64,000 bases of DNA from an uncultured Candidatus Saccharibacteria bacterium (GTDB lineage Bacteria > Patescibacteriota > Saccharimonadia > Saccharimonadales > CAZDQS01). Below the pieces are notes generated by a model. That model did not search any database and was not told the origin of the DNA. It saw nothing but the letters and a program-made list of their open reading frames with translations. The DNA is taken from the NCBI GenBank assembly GCA_964507855.1, contig CAZDQS010000003.1, positions 85,988-149,987 of the forward strand. Direction: 5' to 3'. Within the stretch, counting starts at the first letter, position 1. Each line of letters starts with the position of its first letter. Shown one piece after another: positions 24,719 to 34,493 of this stretch. A program made the position numbers and the translations under genes.

Positions 24719-26008
24719 TCAGAGCTGAACGGCGCGCGACAGCCGCCAGAGGAGCGGCGGTCCGGGTGGGGCACTGCTCAATACAACCGGCACCTGCAGC
24801 TGGTCATCTCCGCGCAGCCTAATTTTGCCGGCAATATTTGCGTCTTCGTCTTCGTCCGGTGCAACCTCTGGGCTCAGCCGGCTACCGGGCCATCCGTACA
24901 GCCACACACTTTCACCCGCCATCACATCAACTGTTTCGCCCCAGGGCAGGGTATAGGTACCGATTGTCTCTCCCTTGCGGGCGACTTCTATTCGCTGGAA
25001 ATGTGCCTTGGCGCTGTCGAGCAGTTGCCGGGACGAATCATACAAAACAGTCTGATCCGGCGCACCCAGCACCACGCCCAACAGCGTTTCCTCATGGCCA
25101 TCCTCCGCGATGTGCCGGGCAGAGAAGAGCAGGCACAATCCGGCCTCATCAGTGTTGCCAGGCTTAATGCCCGTCACACCATCAACGAGGAGCAACCGGT
25201 TATAGTTGTAGATGACATCGCCGCTGGGAAGCGTAGCCGTCGGCTGCGCCACGATCTCTGCCAGCACTGGATGGGCGATCGCCTTTTGCCCGATGCGTAT
25301 CAATTCTGACGGTGTACTGACAGTATCAGGAGAAAATCCGGTCGCATCGGCTACACGCGTGCGCTTTAGGCCAGAGCGCTGCAGCATGTCATTGGCATAT
25401 GCCACATACTCGTCGACCGAGCCGAACACGCGCCTTGCCAGTGAGTCGGCCATGTTGTTTGATGATGGCAGCAAGATTGCCTGCAATGCTTGGTATTGGT
25501 TCATCTGCCAACCGGCCGTCACCGGCGAAACCGTACCCCACTGCGACACATAGTGGCGGTAAAGTTCTTCATCAGCCGCATCAAGTGTGAAGGTGATGCC
25601 GGGTTCGCCCGGCTCCATGGGTGCTTTTTCAAGGACCGCTAGTGCAGTGATGACTTTCGCCAGGCTGGCAATCGGACGTGGCTGCTCATCGTCGCGTGAC
25701 GTTAAAAGCGGGCCGTGCTCAAGCGTACCCAGCGCGGCTGACCCGTGCGCCGGCCAGACAATGCCCGGCTGATCGCTTTGTGCAAATGCCGTTTCATGCA
25801 GCTTCAGCTGGCCGACCGGCAATTCACGCCGGAACATCAATAGTAGCCCGATCAGTGCCGCGCCAATAAGCACCATAGTCGCCAGCCGGCGGAGGCGCAT
25901 AAACGTGCCCTTGACCGGTCTGACGCGCTGATACCGTTGATGTTGTTGGTGTCGTTGGTCATGACGACGAAACCGACGGCGAGAGCGATGACGAAAGCGT
26001 GCAACCAT
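24719..26008 (-). CDS. serine-type D-Ala-D-Ala carboxypeptidase (peptidase S11, PBP5-like)
   Basis: SxxK is 'ASLAKVIT' and SxN is 'PSSNN'. The start is uncertain: ATG 26008 was chosen and 25900 is also possible. The basic N-terminal tail is followed by a TM 'LATMVLIGAALIGLLLMF'. Confidence 0.78.
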   Translation of the reverse strand: MVARFRHRSRRRFRRHDQRHQQHQRYQRVRPVKGTFMRLRRLATMVLIGAALIGLLLMFRRELPVGQLKLHETAFAQSDQPGIVWPAHGSAALGTLEHGPLLTSRDDEQPRPIASLAKVITALAVLEKAPMEPGEPGITFTLDAADEELYRHYVSQWGTVSPVTAGWQMNQYQALQAILLPSSNNMADSLARRVFGSVDEYVAYANDMLQRSGLKRTRVADATGFSPDTVSTPSELIRIGQKAIAHPVLAEIVAQPTATLPSGDVIYNYNRLLLVDGVTGIKPGNTDEAGLCLLFSARHIAEDGHEETLLGVVLGAPDQTVLYDSSRQLLDSAKAHFQRIEVARKGETIGTYTLPWGETVDVMAGESVWLYGWPGSRLSPEVAPDEDEDANIAGKIRLRGDDQLQVPVVLSSAPPGPPLLWRLSRAVQL

Positions 26009-26130
26009 AATCTCTTTATTGTACGCGACCAGACACAAAAGAGGTAGTGTACTTAACACTACATATGCCATCTATGCCACCATATATGGTGTACCTACGC
26101 TATATATAGCGTAGTCTGAAATGGCTTCCT

Positions 26131-27087
26131 TTATTCTTGCAGGTCAGAAACCGGCGCTTCTACTTCTACTTGGACGCGACGGATTTGGGGGAATTCTTCT
26201 TGTAAGCGAAGCTTGATCTCATCTGTCACTTCTTCGATTTCGTCGGTCGTCAAGGCATCTTTTAGGTGCACTTCGATAACAACAAGCAGCTTGTCGGAGC
26301 CAATGTATAGCGCATACAAATCTTCGACTGTATTAACCCGCGGGTGGGCAGTGGCGGTGCGTACAATCTGCTCTGCCAACTCAGGCGATATACTGCGGCC
26401 AATAATCAGGGCGTGGACATCGACCATAATCAGCAGTGACGCAATCATGGTCGAAAAACCGACAACCATGGCGCCGATACCATCAAAACGTGCGTTACTG
26501 GTGATGATGACAATAATAATCGCAACCAGGCCGAACAGTGCCGCGACGCTGCCCATCATATCAATCACAAAGGTTATCTTTGTCTCGACCATGCCGGACT
26601 GGAAAGCCCGCCGCCACCACGACTCTTTGCCCTCGTTCTGGTTGAGCCTCATGACACTGCGGCTGAATGCATATACATTGGTGGTCAATCCAAAGATAAG
26701 CATCACGGCGGCCAGGCCGACCAGCTCGATACCATGCGGATTAGTAAACTGGCGGTAGCCGAAGTAGAAAGACAACACACCCGTACCAAGAAACATAACA
26801 AATGCCGAAACCAGCGCCCAAAAGAATATCTCGCGGCCGTACCCCAGCGGATGCTTCTTGTCCGCCTGGCGGTGACTCCGGCGCGTGCCGTAGTACAAGA
26901 CACCTGCCGTGGTCACATCTGACAACCCTTGCAGGGCCTGCGCCAACATAACCGCACTGCCCGTGAAGAACGCAACCGCCAGGTTCAGCACCACGTCCGA
27001 AACACTGACAATAAAGGACGTGCTTACGACAGACTTATCGGACAGCTTGGTGTCTTGAGCAGGCGGCTTTGGGGTGGTTTTTGTCAT
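26131..27087 (-). CDS. cation diffusion facilitator (CDF) family transporter
   Basis: 318 aa with 6 TM segments and a C-terminal cytoplasmic domain. 'SVSDVVLNLAVAFFTGSAVMLAQALQGLSDV' is typical of CDF TM1-2. Confidence 0.82.
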   Translation of the reverse strand: MTKTTPKPPAQDTKLSDKSVVSTSFIVSVSDVVLNLAVAFFTGSAVMLAQALQGLSDVTTAGVLYYGTRRSHRQADKKHPLGYGREIFFWALVSAFVMFLGTGVLSFYFGYRQFTNPHGIELVGLAAVMLIFGLTTNVYAFSRSVMRLNQNEGKESWWRRAFQSGMVETKITFVIDMMGSVAALFGLVAIIIVIITSNARFDGIGAMVVGFSTMIASLLIMVDVHALIIGRSISPELAEQIVRTATAHPRVNTVEDLYALYIGSDKLLVVIEVHLKDALTTDEIEEVTDEIKLRLQEEFPQIRRVQVEVEAPVSDLQE

Positions 27088-27195
27088 AAGTAGCTGATTT
27101 TTAGTATAGCAAACGCTAGTGTGCCGCTATGGTTCTGTATATTGAGTGGTCTGCAGACAAGCCAAGCGAGACGGTCGCCACCGCTTTTGGCAACA

Positions 27196-29553
27196 CTATC
27201 GATCGCCCGTACCGTCTGCCTTGACCGGCTGGACGGCAAACCGGCCTAAAACCGGTTTCCGCTTGGGTGTCGCGTGGTACGTGACAGTGCTGGTGCGCTT
27301 CAATTTATTCCAGCCGACGTGCGCGCCCTTCAGCATTGTGAAAACCGAAGCATACAGCAAATACGTCCTTACCGGGGAATACACAAACCGATACATAGGC
27401 AGGGCAATCAAATGCATGAACTGCTCGCGCGCCAGCACCAGGCCGATAAGCGCCGCCAAAAATTGGATAAGGCTAATAATCATGAAATAGAACAAGATGG
27501 TCGACAACTGGCCGGCGGCGATATTCTCAAGCGCGATAATCACAAGGACAGGCGTAAACACAACTGGCACGATGACGCTGAATATTGCATTCGGGACAAC
27601 ATACATGCCGAGCCAACCGCGCTTTCGCCGGAGTATAACGTCACGATGCTTCCAGAACACCTGGATATTACCAAATAGCCACCTGAAACGCTGCTTGGCG
27701 AGTGACCGGAGCGTCAGCGGCGATTCGGTGTAGGCAACCGCCTCTATGTCCTGGATGACTGTATAACCCGCCTTGTGGATGGCGATGGTGAGATCGCAGT
27801 CTTCGGCTAACGTCGACCCAGAGTAGCCGCCTGCGTCCGTAATGGCCGCCTTCCGCCACGCGGCACACGCACCGGGTGCAATCATAATGGCACCTACGTA
27901 GGCTTGGGCAGACCGCTCAATATTAATGCCGGTTATATATTCGAGCGCTTGCCATCGCGCTAGATAATTCCTGACATTACCTACCTTGACCACACCAGCG
28001 ACCGCACCGACATACGGATTAGCAAAGTGCCGGATCAGCTTACCAATGGTCTGTGACAAAAATATGGTATCGGCATCAATACTTATCACGATATCACCCT
28101 GCGCGATGCGAAGACCTCTGTTGATGGCTGCCGACTTGCCCATATTCTTCTGGCGGACACCCCTTACTTGAGCATTGGCGCTGAAGCTCTGGACGATACG
28201 CCACGTCCCGTCTTTTGAGCCGTCATCAACGATAATAATCTCAAAGTTTTTATACCGTGACCTAAGCAGGGAGCGGATGGTTTTGTCCAACACTTTCTCT
28301 TCGTTATAGGCGGGGACGATGACACTGACGAACGGCGTATAGCCTGCCTTGCGGCGCGGGTAGCGTATGCGTTTCACGAAAAGACTTGCCAGCGCTATCT
28401 TGAGCACCATGCCGAACGTCGCCAAAACGACACCAATAATGAACAGCCACTCGAGCGTGCGCTGCGGCCAAACCAGCGTTGCCTTGGCTGCCACGAGGCT
28501 TAGGTAGTCCGGCAACGTCGGCTGGACGATGGGATACAGCTGCGGTGATTGCTGATATAGCTCGTCAATGGTCACGAACGAGTAGCCCGCTGCTTTTGCC
28601 TTGGGGATAAATGACCTCAGGTATTCAACTGTATACGAGCGGTCGCCGCCGGCATCATGCAGCAGCATGACAATGTCACCACCGCTCAAATCAGGAAATT
28701 GGAACGAATCGCCAGCGTGGTGCTGCCAATCGTTAGAATTAAAATGATAGCTCGTGACGACATACCCTTGTTGCTGAGCCTGCAAAATAGCCCGCATGTT
28801 ATCACGAAGTGAATCGTCATCCTCGCCGCCATATGGGATGCGAAAGTACGACGGATTGCGCCCAACGGTCGCTCGGATCGCCCGCTGTGCCTGTGTAATT
28901 TCCTGCTGCCCGCGGAAATCACTCGCATAGTCAAAATCAACATGACTAAAAGTGTGGTTAGCGACAACATGCCCTTCGCGCGCAATCCGCTTCGCAATAT
29001 CCGGAAACTTCACGACATTTTCACCAAGCGCAAAGAACGTGCTTGGCGCTGCTTCGGCCGCTAAGATATCTAAGATTTGTGGCGTAAACGCTGGGTCGGG
29101 CCCGTCATCGAACGTCAGCGCAATTCGCTTGCCACCGGTTTGTCCGTACCGCTCCAGGAGATAGGGGAACGATCCCGCTGCCTCAATCTCATGCTCGTAC
29201 AGCGGCCTGATTGGCTTATGGGTAAACGGGTCTAGCAGATACGGCTGCCTGTCGACAACACCACGCTTCAACACTCGAATCAACGGGCCACTGCCGATTA
29301 CAGGCACATTGTCTCGCTCGAACGAATAGGCAATCTTCGATGGTGAGACAGCAGGAGTTGACGCAGCAGTAGTCACCGCCGAACTGCTTAACACAAATGG
29401 TGAGACCGACACGTCCGCAAGCACTCTCGGCACAAATGAGAGCAATGCCGCAAACAGAACATAAGCGCAGAGAAAGACGGCTGTTTTTGTTCGCCTCCAT
29501 CGCTTTCCTGTGCTGTCGAAAAAGACAGGTACCTCGCTGCGGTTTTTCCTCAC
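27196..29553 (-). CDS. fused polysaccharide deacetylase (NodB) - processive GT2 synthase (PNAG/chitin-synthase-like)
   Basis: 785 aa. NodB 'ALTFDDGPDP' and 'HTFSH' are present. GT2 motifs are 'SVIVPAYNEE', 'VDDGSKDGT', 'SIDADT' and 'KQRFRWLFG' (QxxRW), and there are C-terminal TM segments. Confidence 0.85.
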   Translation of the reverse strand: MRKNRSEVPVFFDSTGKRWRRTKTAVFLCAYVLFAALLSFVPRVLADVSVSPFVLSSSAVTTAASTPAVSPSKIAYSFERDNVPVIGSGPLIRVLKRGVVDRQPYLLDPFTHKPIRPLYEHEIEAAGSFPYLLERYGQTGGKRIALTFDDGPDPAFTPQILDILAAEAAPSTFFALGENVVKFPDIAKRIAREGHVVANHTFSHVDFDYASDFRGQQEITQAQRAIRATVGRNPSYFRIPYGGEDDDSLRDNMRAILQAQQQGYVVTSYHFNSNDWQHHAGDSFQFPDLSGGDIVMLLHDAGGDRSYTVEYLRSFIPKAKAAGYSFVTIDELYQQSPQLYPIVQPTLPDYLSLVAAKATLVWPQRTLEWLFIIGVVLATFGMVLKIALASLFVKRIRYPRRKAGYTPFVSVIVPAYNEEKVLDKTIRSLLRSRYKNFEIIIVDDGSKDGTWRIVQSFSANAQVRGVRQKNMGKSAAINRGLRIAQGDIVISIDADTIFLSQTIGKLIRHFANPYVGAVAGVVKVGNVRNYLARWQALEYITGINIERSAQAYVGAIMIAPGACAAWRKAAITDAGGYSGSTLAEDCDLTIAIHKAGYTVIQDIEAVAYTESPLTLRSLAKQRFRWLFGNIQVFWKHRDVILRRKRGWLGMYVVPNAIFSVIVPVVFTPVLVIIALENIAAGQLSTILFYFMIISLIQFLAALIGLVLAREQFMHLIALPMYRFVYSPVRTYLLYASVFTMLKGAHVGWNKLKRTSTVTYHATPKRKPVLGRFAVQPVKADGTGDR

Positions 29554-29682
29554 ATCACCCCCTCCAGAATCTACCTCTTGAAATGTAACGGTCTAAAGCA
29601 GTTTTTTGATGTGCAAATTTTTACAAACACCGCGCAATACAGATACAGAGACGTTAAAGTTCGTTCTGATATAGTGAGTACC

Positions 29683-30861
29683 ATGCAGGCAATTCTGGAC
29701 AATACCAAAACCCGGCCACATGTCGTTATTATTGGCGGCGGTATCACGGGGGCCGGTATTGCCAGAGATGCCAGCTTGCGAGGCTTCAAGGTAACGCTCG
29801 TCGAACAAGACAAGCTCGGAAGCGGCACCACCGGCCGGTTTCACGGCATACTGCACAGCGGTGCCCGCTACGCCGTCAACGACTCCGAGACAGCCGCCGA
29901 CTGCTACCGCGAAAACCAAATCCTGCGTCGCATCGCGCCGTCCGCAATCACGGACACTGGCGGTATTTTTTTGGCATTGACACCAGAAGAAGCGACGTAT
30001 GCCGATACGATTATGCAGGCGTGCGAAGACGCGGGCATCCCGGTTATAGAAATTTCGCGTGATGAAGCCGCACGGCGGGAACCGAACGCAACACCTGAAG
30101 TGTTGCGCGCCTTCACCGTACCGGATGCGTACGTTGATGGCAAAGCGTTGATCGAGCTGAATATGCGCTCATCCACAGAAGCCGACGAGCCGGCCACACT
30201 CCTGACAGGCCATACCGTGACAGAGCTGCGCAGGGAAGGCGATAGTATCAAAGCCGTTGTCGTACACGACGAGCAGGCAGACACGACAAAAGAAATCGCG
30301 TGCGACTATGTCGTGAACGCGTGCGGAGTATGGGCTGGCGCTGTTGCCAACATGGCATCACTGGAACTCCCGATGGTTTATGACAAGGGCACAATGATTG
30401 TGTTCAAGCTGCGACTAAATAACACTGTGCTGAACCGCTGCCGGCCGGAGGATGATGGCGACCTGCTTGTGCCGCACGGCGACCACAGCATCATGGGCAC
30501 AACGGCCAGGCCTGTCAGTGACCCCAACGACAACCAGCCGACACAAGAAGAAATTGACCTCTTAATCCGCGAAGGCACCGCCATGGTGCCGGCCATTCGT
30601 AATACTGCTATTACGAGCGTTTTCGCCGGCGTCCGCCCGCTCTTTGACTCTGGCCTGCTGCAAACTCCCGGCACGACAACCCGCTCGCTTAGCCGGTCGT
30701 TCCACGTCATCGACCACGAGTCCGACGGCGTCAGTAATTTCATCAGCGTTATCGGGGGAAAGGTAACGATTTACCGGCTCATGGCCGAGGCGGCCGTTGA
30801 TAAACTCTGCGAGAAGAGCGGCCTGTCCGCCTCCTGCACAACAGCGGACATCAAGCTGTAG
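29683..30861 (+). CDS. FAD-dependent glycerol-3-phosphate dehydrogenase/oxidase, GlpA-like (short form)
   Basis: ATG 29683 was chosen; 392 aa. 'VVIIGGGITGAGIARDASLRG' is the dinucleotide fold, and 'GRFHGILHSGARYAV' is GlpA-like. Confidence 0.78.
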   Translation: MQAILDNTKTRPHVVIIGGGITGAGIARDASLRGFKVTLVEQDKLGSGTTGRFHGILHSGARYAVNDSETAADCYRENQILRRIAPSAITDTGGIFLALTPEEATYADTIMQACEDAGIPVIEISRDEAARREPNATPEVLRAFTVPDAYVDGKALIELNMRSSTEADEPATLLTGHTVTELRREGDSIKAVVVHDEQADTTKEIACDYVVNACGVWAGAVANMASLELPMVYDKGTMIVFKLRLNNTVLNRCRPEDDGDLLVPHGDHSIMGTTARPVSDPNDNQPTQEEIDLLIREGTAMVPAIRNTAITSVFAGVRPLFDSGLLQTPGTTTRSLSRSFHVIDHESDGVSNFISVIGGKVTIYRLMAEAAVDKLCEKSGLSASCTTADIKL

Positions 30862-30881
30862 TTAAACACGACAAGGAGCCG

Positions 30882-30920
30882 GGACTTTCGCAGCTGGATG
30901 CAGAAACGGTACGAAAGTCC
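30882..30920. terminator. 9-bp stem hairpin between convergent genes
   Basis: GGACTTTCG (30882-90) pairs with CGAAAGTCC (30912-20) around a 21-nt loop. Confidence 0.4.
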
Positions 30921-32086
30921 TACGGGAAGTGGATGAAAACGAGGCCAGCAGTTGAGCGCACCGCCTCACTATACCGTCCATCCCACGCGCCATTGTACTG
31001 GCTGATGCGGATGGTACCGTTGCCATAGACTTCTTCTACGTACATAGTGTGCCCATAGTAGCCAGCGTGGCTCACTGCAACGTCGCCAACGCGCGGGTTT
31101 GTATCAACCGGGATGCCAGCCGCGCGGGCATTATCATCCCAGAGGTTTGCGTTACCGCGACCACCCCAATACGGCATGTGCCGGCCTGTAGAAGCCACCT
31201 TCCAGGCGGTATACGAAACACACTGGCGCTTGTACATACCCCACGGATCTGGCATGGCGTTCGGGAAAGGCACGTTGGCCCACGGGTAACTACCCGTACC
31301 GGCATAGCTGACGCTGCCAATAACATGTTTGGCATTTTCGGCGGCCTGCTGGCGTCGGAGTTCGGCCATGCGGCTGTTGTTGTTACTTATTTCGCGCTCG
31401 AATTCTGCCCGCTGGGCGCGGTTGAGGGCAAGCAGCCTGTTGGTTTCTGCCCGCTGTGCGGCGAGTTCAGACTGCATTGCCTGCTGATCTTGCAGCAATT
31501 TTTCTACTAGTGAACGCTGCTCTTCCAGCTCTGCCTTGAGCTCTTCAATCCTGTCCAGTGTTTTCTTGATTTGAGCCTGGATAGTCAGGCGGTACTGCTC
31601 ACGATCAACAAATTCGCCGAGGTCTTTGCTGGTAGCCAGCATCTCGCCGGTTGTCATTTGGTCCTCCAAATACATCTTGCGGATGTTGATGCCGAGGATA
31701 CGCTTTTGCTCGGCCATTTCTGCTTCGGCGGCGTTTATTTTGTGATGTAAATCATCGCGCTTCGCTTGATTGTCCCTGATTTGCGCCTCCAGGGCCGCAA
31801 TCTGAGAACGTAAGGCAGCAATAGTCGCTTCGAGGCTATTTGCCTCCGCACGCAGCTCACCAAGAGCAGCGCCGTTTGTGGCGTTCTCGTTCTGAAGTGC
31901 TCGGATCTGATCATCGTACCTATCGGCTTCGACGACAGGCGCCGCGAACCCAGCTACCCCAAATACAAGCACCATTGATAGTGCGACAAGTGCTTTGCTT
32001 GATAAAACGTTTCTTAAAGTTTGACTTTCTATGGAGCGTCCGACATAGCGCAGTACGCCGGATGCGGCTTTTGAAAGTTTGTGCAT
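30920..32086 (-). CDS. secreted coiled-coil + CHAP domain peptidoglycan hydrolase (PcsB-like)
   Basis: 388 aa with a signal/TM 'ALVALSMVLVFGVAGFAAPVV' and a long heptad-rich region. CHAP motifs are 'RQCVSYTAWKV' (Cys) and 'GYYGHTMYVEEV' (His). Confidence 0.85.
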   Translation of the reverse strand: MHKLSKAASGVLRYVGRSIESQTLRNVLSSKALVALSMVLVFGVAGFAAPVVEADRYDDQIRALQNENATNGAALGELRAEANSLEATIAALRSQIAALEAQIRDNQAKRDDLHHKINAAEAEMAEQKRILGINIRKMYLEDQMTTGEMLATSKDLGEFVDREQYRLTIQAQIKKTLDRIEELKAELEEQRSLVEKLLQDQQAMQSELAAQRAETNRLLALNRAQRAEFEREISNNNSRMAELRRQQAAENAKHVIGSVSYAGTGSYPWANVPFPNAMPDPWGMYKRQCVSYTAWKVASTGRHMPYWGGRGNANLWDDNARAAGIPVDTNPRVGDVAVSHAGYYGHTMYVEEVYGNGTIRISQYNGAWDGRYSEAVRSTAGLVFIHFP

Positions 32087-32383
32087 GAACCCCCCTGGTT
32101 ACTACATAAAAGTAGCGCGCAATAAATAAATGTGGCTTTGATGCCGGGCCGAGCGGCTTCTTCGGGCTGTTTGTTTGATGAAGAGTTTGGTGTGAGGCAC
32201 CAGTGTTTTAGCGATGTTTGTTATCGTGCGTCGTCTTCCGCTCGATAGTAATTACATTGCTGTGATTTACCCCCGCTCCTTACAATATTCTTACGTAAAA
32301 TACTGGGTCATAGAATTGTTGTTTGGACAATTTTTGGATGAAACAACCTCAAAAATATACCAGCCTTGATATATAAAGGTCAA
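32087..32383 (-). promoter_or_regulatory. promoter plus about 260-nt structured 5' leader of the CHAP hydrolase gene (riboswitch candidate, unclassified)
   Basis: On the minus strand, TTGACC (32383-78), 18 nt, then TATATT (32359-54). The leader contains GGAGCGGGGG (32279-70), a long-range pair CGAGCGG...CCGCUCG, hairpin GGUG-ccuca-CACC and CCCGAAG. Confidence 0.35.
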
Positions 32384-32442
32384 GTAGATTCTATAAAAAT
32401 TCTCACAATGCTTCTGTCGGGCGTAAAATCAGATGAAAATTA

Positions 32443-33405
32443 TCACGCTACAGTGCCGAGCAATTGACGTAAACGTTCGATAGTCACTACGCCAATTATC
32501 TGCCTGTTCTTCCCGACATACAGCCGTGAGGCATGCCCTTGTTGCATTCTCATAAGCGCCGTCGCGATAGTGTCATCGGGCGTCAGCTGTGCCGATTGCG
32601 CACTATCTGTAGGCGTGGGGTCCATAATTTGACGCACCGTCACGTTCTTGTACCGCCGCAGGAAAACCGACTGGAGATAGCTGAACTTGGCAGCAGTCGC
32701 CAGGAACCAGCCCAGCACAATCAACCATACGCCGCTTACAAAAATTCCCGTCAATATCTGCGCCCCGCCAAGAACGGCGAGCAACACCCCGACCACTCGT
32801 CCACCATAGCTAGCAATCCGCATTGCCGTATCAACATTGCCGGTCAACCGCCACACTATTGCCTTAAAGACCCTGCCACCATCGAGCGGGTACCCGGGAA
32901 GTAGATTAAACGTTGCGACAGCCGCATTGGCGATAGCGAGCGTTACACCGACAGCCAGTATATATTCGTTTGAGAATACCCAACCGCCGAGCGCGCCAAG
33001 ACCGCCAAACAGTCCCGCAGCAATATAACTGGCTACCGGTCCAGCTGCCGCCATAAGGAACTCGGCACGTGGCGTCGGCGGCTCTTGGTTTATCTCGGCA
33101 ACACCACCGAGCATAAACAGTGTTATGCGTTGAACCTCAAGCCCGTATCGTCTGGCTACGAGGGCATGCGCAAACTCATGGGCCACGACAGAGGCAAAGA
33201 AGAAGAGCACAGTCACAACGCCCATCACAACCGCGGCAACGGCTGCGACATCAAGCACAACTGAATAGAAGCGCAGGGCAAAGACCCAAGACAGCAACCA
33301 GAAAACCACCAGCCATGAATAGTGTATCTTAAGTTCAATTCCTTGTATCTTGCCCAGGCGAAAGCCTCTCCCGTTCACCTCTCGCGCCCTCCTAAACTCG
33401 CACAC
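32443..33405 (-). CDS. site-2 protease family (M50) zinc metalloprotease with C-terminal CBS domain
   Basis: 320 aa with 'HEFAHALVARRYG' (HExxH) and 'NLLPGYPLDGGRV'. The CBS-like tail is 'VTVRQIMDP...IIGVVTIERL'. The exact start is uncertain. Confidence 0.85.
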   Translation of the reverse strand: MCEFRRAREVNGRGFRLGKIQGIELKIHYSWLVVFWLLSWVFALRFYSVVLDVAAVAAVVMGVVTVLFFFASVVAHEFAHALVARRYGLEVQRITLFMLGGVAEINQEPPTPRAEFLMAAAGPVASYIAAGLFGGLGALGGWVFSNEYILAVGVTLAIANAAVATFNLLPGYPLDGGRVFKAIVWRLTGNVDTAMRIASYGGRVVGVLLAVLGGAQILTGIFVSGVWLIVLGWFLATAAKFSYLQSVFLRRYKNVTVRQIMDPTPTDSAQSAQLTPDDTIATALMRMQQGHASRLYVGKNRQIIGVVTIERLRQLLGTVA

Positions 33406-33459
33406 TAACTGTACGCCACAGCGGCCGGCACATCAGCCGGTTATCTCACATCATTAGGT

Positions 33460-34041
33460 CTACGGAAGAAGCGGCACAAACGCAAAGCCAGTGTGGCGCT
33501 CGGTAGTAGCCTGGCCGTGCTTTTTACCGAGAACGAGAATCTCGTCCCTGACAGGGATGACCGTCCTGCCGCCGTCACGCAGTTGTGATAATAATTCGGC
33601 TGGCAACTCGTCACTTGTAGCACTGACGAGTATGCGATCATACGGGGCTGTGGCCGGCCAGCCGAGAACCTCGCCAGCTTCATGAAAAAACACTCCTTGT
33701 ATGCCTGCACGTCGACAATTGGCCGCCCCCATGCGCACCAGTTCCGGTATGCGCTCTACAGCGTGAACTTCGCCCTTGCTGCCAACCAGCCACGCCAGCA
33801 GAGCAGTCGTCCACCCCGAGCCGGAGCCAACATCCAGGACCTTATCACCAGGCTGCGGGTCAAGCCACGTCAGCATCAGCCGCACCGTATACGGCTGGCT
33901 ATTTGTCTGGCCATAGCCGATAGCAACAGGTACATCAAATTCGGCTAGATGTTTTGCATACGGCGGCAGAAAATTCTCTCGGGCAACTGCCTGCATCGCC
34001 TCTTCAACTCGCCGTTTCGTAGAAGGTAGTGGCTCGTCCAT
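33460..34041 (-). CDS. pcm: protein-L-isoaspartate O-methyltransferase
   Basis: 193 aa with 'GYGQTNSQPYTV', the SAM motif 'VLDVGSGSGWTTALLA', and 'GGRTVIPV'. Confidence 0.85.
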   Translation of the reverse strand: MDEPLPSTKRRVEEAMQAVARENFLPPYAKHLAEFDVPVAIGYGQTNSQPYTVRLMLTWLDPQPGDKVLDVGSGSGWTTALLAWLVGSKGEVHAVERIPELVRMGAANCRRAGIQGVFFHEAGEVLGWPATAPYDRILVSATSDELPAELLSQLRDGGRTVIPVRDEILVLGKKHGQATTERHTGFAFVPLLP

Positions 34042-34086
34042 ACCAAACAGCTAAACACATCATTATGCCGCGGGGCAGTGAAATTT

Positions 34087-34359
34087 TTAGGCAGTTACAA
34101 ATTTACGAGAAATGAGCCGCGCGAGTGCACTATAACCCACCACATAAGACCCGAGCACAAGACAACTTGTCGACACAGAACCCGCCATAGGCAAGAGCAC
34201 AAGGCCGCTTATCGCAACAACTGCTAGGCAGTACTTGCCCTGTACAAGCCACGCCCGCACATTCGACGATCCCTGAACGCCCCTGATTATCGCGCCACAC
34301 AGCATAAGGATGGACAGAATAGCGGCTGATACATGGAGCATTACAAGCACTGCAGTCAT
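34087..34359 (-). CDS. small membrane protein (3 TM), unknown function
   Basis: A 90-aa hydrophobic ORF with no recognisable motif. Confidence 0.4.
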   Translation of the reverse strand: MTAVLVMLHVSAAILSILMLCGAIIRGVQGSSNVRAWLVQGKYCLAVVAISGLVLLPMAGSVSTSCLVLGSYVVGYSALARLISRKFVTA

Positions 34360-34411
34360 ATGCCTAAAGTATAAAAGCTTGTGGCTATTATCGGCAACAT
34401 TTTTAGCAATT

Positions 34412-34427
34412 TGTGAATTTATTCACA
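34412..34427. promoter_or_regulatory. perfect CRP/FNR-type palindrome TGTGA-N6-TCACA
   Basis: TGTGAatttatTCACA at 34412-34427 lies in the 134-bp divergent intergenic region. Its centre is about 74 nt upstream of ATG 34494. Confidence 0.45.
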
Positions 34428-34493
34428 GTTCAGCCGGCACCTTTTGCTTATGCTTAAGACACCACCAAATCCAAAAGGAGGGGAACGAAAAGT

